Shown: positions 32,365 to 40,453, counted from the first letter of the stretch. The stretch is DNA of 64,000 nt from an uncultured Bacteroidia bacterium (GCA_943846675.1 OX044357.1:1408500-1472499), one strand, 5' to 3'. Program-made: numbers and translations. The notes: generated by a model not told the origin, from the sequence alone.

Positions 32365-33776
32365 GTAAGCGAATTATAGGAATCATTTTTTGGTTGTTAT
32401 TGCCTTTTTATGGTTGGACGCAAGCAACGATAAAAACGTTTAGTCAAGATCAACTGCTCTGGTTTGTGCAGAATTATCACCCTTTAGCCAAACAAGCCAA
32501 CTTGGTTATCCAAAAAGGAGAAAGCACCGTACGCATGGCAAGAGGTGGTTTTGATCCGAAATTAGAAGGTCAGTTTGATCAAAAAACGTTTGACGATAAA
32601 AACTATTATAGTCTTTTGCAAGGTGGATTAAAGATTCCTACTTGGTATGGCATAGCGTTGAAAACAGGTTACGACCAAAACAGTGGCATTCGACTTAATC
32701 CTGAGGATGATGTGCCAAACGGAGGGTTGTGGTATGGGGGTATTTCTGTAACGCTGGGTAACGGTTTATTTATTGATCAGAGACGAGCAACCTTAAGACA
32801 AGCCCAAATATTTTCAGAATCGACGTATGCTGAGCAGCGTAAGTTGATGAACGATTTGTACTTTGATGCCATCAAGTCTTATTGGAAATGGGTCGCCGCA
32901 TGGAATCAGTTTTCTGTCTACGATGAGTCTTTGACACTTGCCCTCGACAGGTTTGAGGCTGTAAAGGGTAGTTTCTCCTTGGGCGACAAACCAGCTATTG
33001 ACACCTTAGAGGCATTTATTCTGGTTCAAAAACGTCAATTGAATCGGACGGATTATGCGCTCGAATATCAGAATGCAACCCTTGAATTATCCAATTTTTT
33101 GTGGTTTGAAAACAACACGCCGTTGTTGATTACAGACAGTTTAATACCAGTAAATTTGGACCAGTTGTCACTGCAAAAGACAATGCCTTACGACACCTTG
33201 GAGCAATTGATGATTGGACTTGACGGCAACCACCCAGATATGGTCTTGTATGATTTCAAACTTGCGACAATGAATATTGACAGAAGGTTGAAAAAAGAGG
33301 CTTTAAAACCGACGGTAAATGTACAATACAATGTATTAAACGAACCTATTGGGAATAGTGTGATTACAGGTTTAACACCCAACAATAGCAAACTTGGCGT
33401 ATCTACAGGATTCCCCATTTTCTTGCGTAAACAACGTGGTGCCCTGCAATTAGCAAACATCAAAATTCAAGAAACACAATTAGGGCGACAACAAAAGTTG
33501 CTTGAACTTCAAAATAAGTTACGGGTATACTACAACGAGCAACTGACATTAAATAATCAAGTAATTCTGTATACAGATGCAGTTGCGAACAGCAACAGGC
33601 TTTTGGCCGGAGAAAGGCAAAAGTTTAGCGCTGGAGAAAGCTCCGTATTTATGGTGAACACCCGGGAGAATTATGTGATTAACGCAAGATTGAAACTGGT
33701 TGAGTTAACCACTAAATACCAGATTTCTTCATCAGGTGTTCAGTGGGCAGCAGGAACACTGTTCACCATCAATTAA
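32361..33776 (+). CDS. TolC-family outer-membrane efflux protein
   Basis: ATG at 32361 overlaps the HlyD stop (ATGA). Signal peptide MSKRIIGIIFWLLLPFYGWTQA; two-repeat OEP architecture. Confidence 0.75.
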   Translation: MSKRIIGIIFWLLLPFYGWTQATIKTFSQDQLLWFVQNYHPLAKQANLVIQKGESTVRMARGGFDPKLEGQFDQKTFDDKNYYSLLQGGLKIPTWYGIALKTGYDQNSGIRLNPEDDVPNGGLWYGGISVTLGNGLFIDQRRATLRQAQIFSESTYAEQRKLMNDLYFDAIKSYWKWVAAWNQFSVYDESLTLALDRFEAVKGSFSLGDKPAIDTLEAFILVQKRQLNRTDYALEYQNATLELSNFLWFENNTPLLITDSLIPVNLDQLSLQKTMPYDTLEQLMIGLDGNHPDMVLYDFKLATMNIDRRLKKEALKPTVNVQYNVLNEPIGNSVITGLTPNNSKLGVSTGFPIFLRKQRGALQLANIKIQETQLGRQQKLLELQNKLRVYYNEQLTLNNQVILYTDAVANSNRLLAGERQKFSAGESSVFMVNTRENYVINARLKLVELTTKYQISSSGVQWAAGTLFTIN

Positions 33777-34000
33777 ACACTCTTTTGTGCGCTAAGGCCT
33801 GAACCACATGGGCCAAATGGTGATTGCAGTGCCAAGCGTATAAGCCTATAAAGTGATTTATGGTTAAAGTTGCCTCATGTTCTGGATGAACCAATAGCTT
33901 TTGTAGTTCGTCTGCTGACAAGTGATTTAAAAGGTATGACCACTTTTCATGTAAGCCATCTCTAGTGGTGAGTATGTTTTTTTTATATACATAATGTTTA
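33777..34000 (-). pseudogene. DinB/YfiT-superfamily-like C-terminal fragment lacking an in-frame ATG; a frameshift at an A8 tract restores a Met start
   Basis: The minus-strand frame ...NILTTRDGLHEKWSYLLNHLSADELQKLLVHPEHEATLTINHFIGLYAWHCNHHLAHVVQAL... has a His-rich HxxxHH tail. A +1 A in the aaaaaaaa run at about 33977-33984 would join it to ATG TAT ATA. Confidence 0.25.
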
Positions 34001-34104
34001 ATTCATGGGAATTTACAAAGGCCTACATGTACTTATGTTTATTCCCGCTATAAATGTAGGAAATCCACTTGGGTATCAGTGAAAAAATCAAAAAATCTAA
34101 ACAG

Positions 34105-34343
34105 GATTATTCCTCAAACCTTCGCAAGCTTCGGTTTTCTGTGTTTGTAAGATTTTCTGATTAGAACAATGTCGTTCTAGTAAGTGCTGAGATTTGTTTT
34201 TAATTTGAATAAATGAGAATTTCCGCCAACCGCCAACCGCCAACCGCCAACCTCAATGGTTAACGACATTTTATCCTAAATCAAAAATCATCAGTCAGAA
34301 ATCACCACAAGATTATTCCTCAAACCTTCGCAAGCTCCGGTTT
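34105..34343. repeat. Two ~33-bp direct repeats (gattattcctcaaaccttcgcaagctYcggttt) about 206 bp apart, each preceded by aatcaaaaa(a)tc, flanking a CCGCCAA x4 microsatellite
   Basis: Copies at 34105-34137 and 34311-34343, read directly from the sequence. Confidence 0.8.
34223..34250. repeat. Heptanucleotide tandem repeat (CCGCCAA)4
   Basis: ccgccaaccgccaaccgccaaccgccaa followed by the degenerate cctcaat. Confidence 0.9.
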
Positions 34344-34456
34344 ACGTCAAGATCCTGATAGGCTCCAAATTCCGAAAGCAAAGTTCATCCGCCTTTGGCG
34401 GCTTACTTTTTTGTTCCCTTTCGAAAACTCAAGCGAGCTTGGTTTTCTCTGGAAAC

Positions 34457-34497
34457 AAAAAAGTCCACCAACCGATCGGTTGGTGGACTTTGCTTTC
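34457..34497. terminator. Strong GC-rich perfect palindrome flanked by A and T runs (bidirectional terminator-like)
   Basis: aaaaaa-gtccaccaaccgatcggttggtggac-tttgcttt, a 26-bp palindrome at 34463-34488. Confidence 0.6.
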
Positions 34498-34563
34498 TTA
34501 GTGACCTTGGCAGGACAGAGTTCAAACTTTTTTGAGGATTTTAAGTTATTTAATAATTATGTA

Positions 34564-34941
34564 GGTTCTGTCGCACCTATTAGACAAGAATTTAAAAGTA
34601 CAATTATTTTTTAATTCTAAGCGGCCAATGACATGAACGATTTAAACATAGTTTTATCTTGACCAATCAACTGATTTTTCTTAATCATTCTGACAATTTC
34701 AATTCCTGATAAGGTTCTTCTAGCAGATTCAAATTCTTTAAATCCCAAACCTTGCTGAATTCGCCATTTGATAAAACGGTGATCTTGTTCGGTTCTGTCG
34801 CATCTGACTATTTTATTCCTTTTCTTTATCAAAAATGGAATCAGATAAATAATTAAAGTGCTGATTTTCAATTGAATTTATTTTATGACATTTGAATTTT
34901 ATCAGTTTAAATCGGTTAAATTTGGTAGATGCGACAGAACC
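34564..34941. mobile_element. Internally deleted IS6-family insertion-sequence remnant (MITE-like, ~378 bp) with terminal inverted repeats
   Basis: Left end GGTTCTGTCGCAC (34564-34576) and right end GTGCGACAGAACC-like (34930-34941) are inverted copies and resemble the IS6-family IR consensus GGTTCTGTTGCAAAGT. They enclose only a truncated transposase C-terminus. Confidence 0.5.
34617..34871 (-). pseudogene. Truncated IS6-family transposase (C-terminal ~50 aa only)
   Basis: ...DRTEQDHRFIKWRIQQGLGFKEFESARRTLSGIEIVRMIKKNQL matches the conserved IS6/IS26-type transposase C-terminal block (NxIEQDHRxIKxRxxxMxGFKSFxSAxxTLxGIExxxMIRKGQ). Confidence 0.5.
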
Positions 34942-35006
34942 CAAGCGTTGGCTTGTGTGAATTGCAAATGTGCTTGCGGCTACCTTTTTTAAGTTAATCA
35001 ATTATT

Positions 35007-36236
35007 TCACTTTTTTACTATTCTTGATAAGTATACCAATGGTTTTACAATAAGTAAATAGCTAAACTTCTTTAAAACGAAACTTTTATCAATAACCTTT
35101 GCTGCCTTTTCGCCATAATGGTAATACCATTTAACGAAACTTTCTCCCCAGTTTTTTGTTAAAATCCATTCATCTCGGAAATAACGTAATTCCATCACTT
35201 GTGGGTCGTCATAGCTGCCCATTGCTGCGGTTGCTATAAAACAAAAAGACTTATTACCGCATTCATGGCACACTCCTCTTTTCGCCTTTTTTGCTTTAAC
35301 GGTCATTGGGAGGCCGCATTTATCACATTTAACTGGCCGGTGGATACGGAGAAAAAATCGTTTAAAATATGAATTAGTACTAATGTTATCCCAATTTAAA
35401 GCTTTTAGGTTTATGAGGGTGTTTACTTTCAAAGAGATTATTATAAAATTTTTTTCTAGTAATGCAGGGTTTAATTTGAAAAAATCAAAAACTTTAGAAG
35501 AAATATTACTAACAGATTCCGAATCCGTTGTCAAGGTTAAACCACCATATGTAAATGATATTATTTGTTTATACACCTGTTCATTTGTAATTTTAATTTC
35601 AGCATCATTAAGAATAATGGATTTTTCAACAGAAGTTTGAGGAACTTCAAAAAAACTTTCTATTTTATTTAAAGGGTTACCTGATAAATCAATCTTTATT
35701 AGATAGTTAAAAGTATCATTTACATTTATCACAGAGACTTCGTTATTTGAAAGATTAATCTCCATAACATTAGGGAATAAAGCTAAATCTGATAAATCAT
35801 TAATTTTATTATTGCTAACATCTAAGAACCTTACCATTTCTAGTTCTGTATCACTAAACCAATCCGCTAGTTCAGAAATACTGATAAGTCCTTTATTTGT
35901 AACTTTTAATAAACCTGCACCTCCTGAGTAATCCGATTCAATATCATCTCTAAAAAATTTAGATGGTCTATTTTTAAAATGAACTATCCATCCATCATCA
36001 ACTCTAACTTTGTTATGTAGCTCAGAAAAATTAGGAACAGTTGATATTTTCTTTTCTTTTGGAGGTACTATGTGAGGTTTTGACTTTATTCTGCTTACAT
36101 GTTCTGTTTGAATTGACTTTCTTTTTATTGATGGAGTGCTTATCAAGTTAGAACAAAATTCACATTTCACATTAGATTGACCATCTTCATAAACGTTAGC
36201 AGCGCCACAACTGGTGCATGAAATTGACTTACTCAT
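35007..36236 (-). CDS. Zinc-ribbon plus leucine-rich-repeat protein with a second CxxC...CxxC pair and a conserved C-terminal module (paralog B)
   Basis: N-terminal CTSCGAANVY...CEFCSNL zinc ribbon. LRR units (LDVSNNKINDLSDLALFPNVMEINLSNNEVSVINVN...IDLSGNPLNKIE). CDKCG...CHECG, then FCFIATAAMGSYDDPQVMELRYFRDEWIL...LVYLSRIVKK. Confidence 0.6.
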   Translation of the reverse strand: MSKSISCTSCGAANVYEDGQSNVKCEFCSNLISTPSIKRKSIQTEHVSRIKSKPHIVPPKEKKISTVPNFSELHNKVRVDDGWIVHFKNRPSKFFRDDIESDYSGGAGLLKVTNKGLISISELADWFSDTELEMVRFLDVSNNKINDLSDLALFPNVMEINLSNNEVSVINVNDTFNYLIKIDLSGNPLNKIESFFEVPQTSVEKSIILNDAEIKITNEQVYKQIISFTYGGLTLTTDSESVSNISSKVFDFFKLNPALLEKNFIIISLKVNTLINLKALNWDNISTNSYFKRFFLRIHRPVKCDKCGLPMTVKAKKAKRGVCHECGNKSFCFIATAAMGSYDDPQVMELRYFRDEWILTKNWGESFVKWYYHYGEKAAKVIDKSFVLKKFSYLLIVKPLVYLSRIVKK

Positions 36237-36449
36237 TTCAATTTTTAAATTTGGTTATTTTTTTTAAATCTGTTATTTCCTTCAATAAGGTATCGCCTTC
36301 TTCTAAGTGTTTAAATAGCAATACTTTCAAGTTCCTTTAACATACTTCAAAGTGCTGTAAAAAACCCTTCTATCTCATAGTTTTTATTAGCTCTTTTTTT
36401 AATGACTTCAAGTGATTCTTCAATAAATTTTCTTATTTCTTCCATAATT

Positions 36450-37697
36450 TTACTTTTTTACTATTCTTGATAAGTATACTAATGGTTTCACAATAAGTAA
36501 ATAGCTAAACTTCTTTAAGATGTAACTTTTTTCAATGAACTTAGCAGCAATTGCTCCATAATGGTAATACCATTTAACAAAACTTTCACCCCAACTTTTT
36601 TGTAAAATCCATTCATCACGAAAATGACGTAACTCCATGACCTGAGGATGGTCATAACTGCCCATGGTGGCAGTTGCAATAAAGCAAAAAGAAGTTTCTT
36701 TATCTTTAAATGAGGTGCTATATTTTTTCAAATATGCTTCCTTAAGTTGGGAGAAATTGCCCGTCCTTATCTTTATTTCGTGATTACTCCCTTTTGAGTC
36801 AATAATATTCATTTTAAAAAGGATCTTATTTTCAAAATCCTTGGCCTTTAGGTAATTCCCGCTTTTCATTCGAATAAGAGGACCGTAATTAATTTTAGAC
36901 AACAAATCTGGTGAACCATCTGGGTATTTGTTTTTAAGTTTACGTATTGTGTCAGATAAATCAACAGGGTTGTCTGTAAAGTCTAAATTAACGCTGATAC
37001 CATCAATAATTAACACCTCTAATGCAACAAAATCAATCGTTTGTATTTTATTCTTTGACAGATCTATTTGCAGTATATTCTGTATTTTCCAATAATTAGT
37101 ATCAATTATTGTGTTTATATTGAAGGTAGTAATTAAGTTCTCTGATAAGTCTAATTTTTTTAATTCATTCGATTTTATGTTAAAATTAGTAGAGGTAATT
37201 TCATTATTTTTGAGAATTAATCTCTCAAGATTAATTAAATGAGAAATATCATAAGAGTCACTAAGTTTATTGTTCGAAAGATCTAGAAATCTGATACTTT
37301 GAAGTTCAGTATCGGTATACCAATCGAATAAGTCTTCAAATGCTTGTAAGTTCTTCCTCGTTAAAAGAAGTTCACCTCCCCCATTAGAATAATCAAATAC
37401 AATTTTATCTTGAACAAACTTAGAAGGTTTGTTTTTGAAATGAGCAATCCAACCATTGTCAACCCTAACAAGATTATGAGGTTCACCAAAATTGGGAGGG
37501 TTTGATGATTTTTTCTGCCTAGGCTTTGTAATTTCGGGTTTTGTTTTTAGGCGACTTTCTCCTCCATTTTTTATAGCTTTAGTTTCATTGATGGGAATAT
37601 TTATTACACTACCACAAAAATCACATTTAACTGATGATTCCCCCGATTCATAGATATTTGCCCCACCACAACTTTGACAGTTAATTGCTCTACTCAT
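36450..37697 (-). CDS. Zinc-ribbon plus leucine-rich-repeat protein sharing the N-terminal ribbon and the C-terminal module with 35007..36236 (paralog A)
   Basis: CQSCGGANIY...CDFCGSV, LRRs (LDLSNNKLSDSYDISHLINLERLILKNNEITS...LDLSENLIT...IDLSKNKIQTID). The C-terminal FCFIATATMGSYDHPQVMELRHFRDEWIL...LVYLSRIVKK is near-identical to the paralog. Confidence 0.6.
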   Translation of the reverse strand: MSRAINCQSCGGANIYESGESSVKCDFCGSVINIPINETKAIKNGGESRLKTKPEITKPRQKKSSNPPNFGEPHNLVRVDNGWIAHFKNKPSKFVQDKIVFDYSNGGGELLLTRKNLQAFEDLFDWYTDTELQSIRFLDLSNNKLSDSYDISHLINLERLILKNNEITSTNFNIKSNELKKLDLSENLITTFNINTIIDTNYWKIQNILQIDLSKNKIQTIDFVALEVLIIDGISVNLDFTDNPVDLSDTIRKLKNKYPDGSPDLLSKINYGPLIRMKSGNYLKAKDFENKILFKMNIIDSKGSNHEIKIRTGNFSQLKEAYLKKYSTSFKDKETSFCFIATATMGSYDHPQVMELRHFRDEWILQKSWGESFVKWYYHYGAIAAKFIEKSYILKKFSYLLIVKPLVYLSRIVKK

Positions 37698-38148
37698 TTT
37701 TATCGTTTTTAAATTGGATAAACATTTTTTTTGCTAATTTTTCAAAACTTACCTTTTCACCTTCGATCAGGATATATGTGTTTTGGTTAAAGGGTTTTAA
37801 TTTTTCTAACTCATTATTTACTTCTTCTACCTTGCCTAGCAATAGAAAACATTGAAAAATACCGTAATGACATTTTGCTGCGGTTTTTCCAAATTCATTT
37901 CCGCTGTCTAATGCAGAAATTGTTGCATCAGGATAATTAGTAATTACTTGATTGAATGTTTCAATTGCTTGCTCGAACTGTTTTATTTTAAAGTAGCAAA
38001 GACCAACATTATATAATGCATCATCAGCTAAATCACTTTGAGGGTATTCATCAATTAACATTTTGAATTTGTTGATTGAATCAAGATAAAATTCATCTTT
38101 AGCAAGATTAAGTCCTTCTGTAAAATACTGTATTTCGTTATCGTGCAT
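37690..38148 (-). CDS. Tetratricopeptide-repeat (TPR) protein
   Basis: 152 aa with about three TPR-like units (ADDALYNVGLCYFKIKQFEQAIETFNQVITNYPD...). The stop overlaps the start of the LRR gene. Confidence 0.55.
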   Translation of the reverse strand: MHDNEIQYFTEGLNLAKDEFYLDSINKFKMLIDEYPQSDLADDALYNVGLCYFKIKQFEQAIETFNQVITNYPDATISALDSGNEFGKTAAKCHYGIFQCFLLLGKVEEVNNELEKLKPFNQNTYILIEGEKVSFEKLAKKMFIQFKNDKNE

Positions 38149-38500
38149 TTCGTTTGTTTTTTTGTTCTTGTTTATAATCGGATGCCGAAAAAGTTTCGGC
38201 TTTAGAAACTTTCAAAATATATGTTGCTCCACCTAAAAGTAAAGCAAGTGCGACACCAAATCCTGTATCGTACCAAACTTGTTTGTAACAGATATAGCCA
38301 CCTACAATTAAAATAGAACTGAATAGAAATACAGCTACTTTACCGTTAATAGATGAAATAAAAGCGATAGGCAGAAATAAAATAATAAAAGCTATAATGA
38401 TTTGAGCAAACGAACGGTCAGTTTCAAAAGCATAAATTAATATCCCACAACTTAAACCTGCTAATAGTATTCCGATAATTGTACTTGCTATTTTACTCAT
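38138..38500 (-). CDS. Small integral membrane protein (3-4 TM helices)
   Basis: 120 aa, almost entirely hydrophobic helices, with a basic C-terminal tail. Coupled to its neighbours by overlapping start and stop codons. Confidence 0.5.
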   Translation of the reverse strand: MSKIASTIIGILLAGLSCGILIYAFETDRSFAQIIIAFIILFLPIAFISSINGKVAVFLFSSILIVGGYICYKQVWYDTGFGVALALLLGGATYILKVSKAETFSASDYKQEQKNKRNAR

Positions 38501-39483
38501 TATAAGTTGTTTAAAATTCGTTTTTTAGTTTCGTTAAACTCTTCTTGGTCAATGGCTCCCATATCCAATAACTCTTTAAGTTTTTTCAATTTTGAAAAAG
38601 AGTCTTCTTCTGTATCTGCTGATTGATTATTCTGTTGCATAGCTTGATTCATCATTTGTGGAATCATAAACCCCATACCCATACCTGCTCCGAGCCCCAT
38701 TCCTTCACCAGCATTTCCTGTAGGATTTTCTGCCGCCTTTTCCATTGATTGTCCCATTTGAAACTTCATAAAATCGTCCATATTTCCGACAGCAGACATT
38801 CCTGAGCGAGTGTCAATCATTTTTTGAACTTCTGGTGGAACTGAAACAGAATTAATTAAGAAATCATGTAATTCTAAACCCAGCCCTTCAAAATCAAGAT
38901 TTAAGCTGTTTTTTATTAAAATTGATAGGTTATCAAAATGTTGCGGTAAGTCGAATACTGTTTTCACATGTTGTCCGAGAGTAACGTTCAGTTTTTGAAG
39001 AATGATTGATTTTAAGTAATCCGAAATGTCGGAATCTCGAAAAACACCTTGTGTACCAACAACTTTATTTAGAAATAACGAAGGTTCTTTTATTGTAATG
39101 GAAAATGCTCCATAACTCCTCAACCTTATCATTTTCAATTCAGAATCTCTAAATAAGATTGGCTCTTTTGTTCCCCACTTTAAGTTTCGAAACAACTTCA
39201 TGTTAAGGAAATAAACCTCAGATTTGAATGGAGAGTCTTTTCCGTAACCTAATGAAGTTATTAATTTGGTTAAAATTGGAATGTTTTGAGTTTTTAAAAC
39301 ATGTCTACCAGCACTAAAAACATCTAATGATTTTCCATCTCTGAAAAAGACAGCCTTTTGACTTTCTCGAACAATGAGTTGAGCACCCATTTTAAATTCA
39401 CCACTACTATCTTCTGGTACTCTTTGCACCATAGAGTCTCCTGTGTTATCAAGGTATTCTATTATTTCCATTAGTTTTCCCAT
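38500..39483 (-). CDS. SPFH/band-7-like protein of the YdjI (COG4260, 'virion core protein'-annotated) type with a C-terminal SHOCT domain
   Basis: Architecture and blocks (GTKEPILF..., ...HDFLINSVSVPPEVQKMIDTRSGMSAVG) parallel Bacillus YdjI. A Gly/Met-rich linker leads to FSKLKKLKELLDMGAIDQEEFNETKKRIL, the SHOCT motif. Confidence 0.65.
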   Translation of the reverse strand: MGKLMEIIEYLDNTGDSMVQRVPEDSSGEFKMGAQLIVRESQKAVFFRDGKSLDVFSAGRHVLKTQNIPILTKLITSLGYGKDSPFKSEVYFLNMKLFRNLKWGTKEPILFRDSELKMIRLRSYGAFSITIKEPSLFLNKVVGTQGVFRDSDISDYLKSIILQKLNVTLGQHVKTVFDLPQHFDNLSILIKNSLNLDFEGLGLELHDFLINSVSVPPEVQKMIDTRSGMSAVGNMDDFMKFQMGQSMEKAAENPTGNAGEGMGLGAGMGMGFMIPQMMNQAMQQNNQSADTEEDSFSKLKKLKELLDMGAIDQEEFNETKKRILNNL

Positions 39484-39484
39484 C

Positions 39485-39934
39485 TTACAAATCTTTTAAG
39501 TACTGGTTTCTTTTATTAATTGAGTTTTCAAGTGATTGAATATGTTGTTTCGTATTCTCTAAATTCGTAGCTGCTAGTCCTTCTTGCAAATTTTCTGTAG
39601 CATCAAAAATGTCTAAATCCATTTGATAGATATTTTCAAGTTCCTCATTTTTAATTACTGAGTCTGAAAAAAAAGCAGAAGCCCCATAAGGTGAATACTT
39701 TATTAAATCTTTCAGATTATTGATTTTCTTCCTCACTTTTTCAATTTCAGCTAACTCAGATAATTCAGAAACTTCAATTAATGAATTGATAATTTTTTCT
39801 GTTTCAGAAAGCTTATCTGCAATTTGTTCTCTTAATTGTCGGTCGCATTCTCTTCTGCTGTCTCTTTCTTGATAACCTTTATAACCAGGTATCAATGTTC
39901 CGATTTTGTCAAATATGTTTGTTTTTCTATTCAT
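39485..39934 (-). CDS. Hypothetical coiled-coil protein, first gene of the operon
   Basis: 149 aa, highly charged with helical heptad character. The weak N-terminal IFDKIGTLI resembles PspA/Vipp1 starts, but I cannot establish that. Confidence 0.4.
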   Translation of the reverse strand: MNRKTNIFDKIGTLIPGYKGYQERDSRRECDRQLREQIADKLSETEKIINSLIEVSELSELAEIEKVRKKINNLKDLIKYSPYGASAFFSDSVIKNEELENIYQMDLDIFDATENLQEGLAATNLENTKQHIQSLENSINKRNQYLKDL

Positions 39935-40092
39935 ATTTATCAGTTATGTAAGCGTTGTCAAAAAAGCAATGTGTGCGCAGCACTCTTTGCTTTGTGCGGT
40001 GTTACCACATAAGTGCCTGCACCTCTTTGATAATAAATAATAAAATGTTTTGCAGCCATAGAGTTATTTTGTAAGTCTTCAAACACAAGCTC

Positions 40093-40115
40093 AAAATGCA
40101 GCCAATCTGCATTTT
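40093..40115. promoter_or_regulatory. Perfect 9-bp inverted repeat with a 5-bp spacer (aaaatgcag-ccaat-ctgcatttt) in the promoter region of the island operon; candidate operator
   Basis: Read directly. It lies between the XRE regulator gene end (40171) and the operon start (39934). Confidence 0.45.
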
Positions 40116-40170
40116 CGATTTAACAGGTATGTTTGTGCAGAATCAATAATTATTTTCATTAAAATTTAAT

Positions 40171-40362
40171 CTATCTACTTGAAACAATTAAATCTTTTAT
40201 ATCTACATCTATAATCTCAGCGATTTCATTCAAAATCTCCAATCGGGGTTGTTGTCTGTTTTGTACATAGCCGTTCACCATATTATAACTTTTATCTAAC
40301 TCTTCAGCTAGCCAAGTTTGCTTGATACCCTTTTCTTCTAGTACTTCTTTTATTCTGTTCAT
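40171..40362 (-). CDS. XRE-family (Cro/CI-type) helix-turn-helix transcriptional regulator
   Basis: 63 aa with the HTH_3 pattern IKQTWLAEELDKSYNMVNGYVQNRQQPRLEILNEIAEII. Confidence 0.8.
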   Translation of the reverse strand: MNRIKEVLEEKGIKQTWLAEELDKSYNMVNGYVQNRQQPRLEILNEIAEIIDVDIKDLIVSSR

Positions 40363-40453
40363 GATAATTTGAAATTCAATATCTAAAATAGATATTATAT
40401 ATTGAAAAACAAGATGTAAAAGACACTTATTTCAATACCTGTTAAATCGAAAA

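Noticed and set aside
34496-34530. tRNA-3'-end-like sequence considered as the attL direct repeat of the tRNA-Arg island
   Set aside because: It does not match the tRNA-Arg 3' end (different acceptor strand, 5 extra nt), so it cannot be the cognate direct repeat. I kept it only as a possible older att scar in the IS6-remnant finding.
34411-34614. 67-aa plus-strand ORF spanning the palindromic terminator and the tRNA-like fragment
   Set aside because: It crosses a 26-bp perfect palindrome and the IS terminal repeat and has no coding-like composition, so it is most likely spurious.
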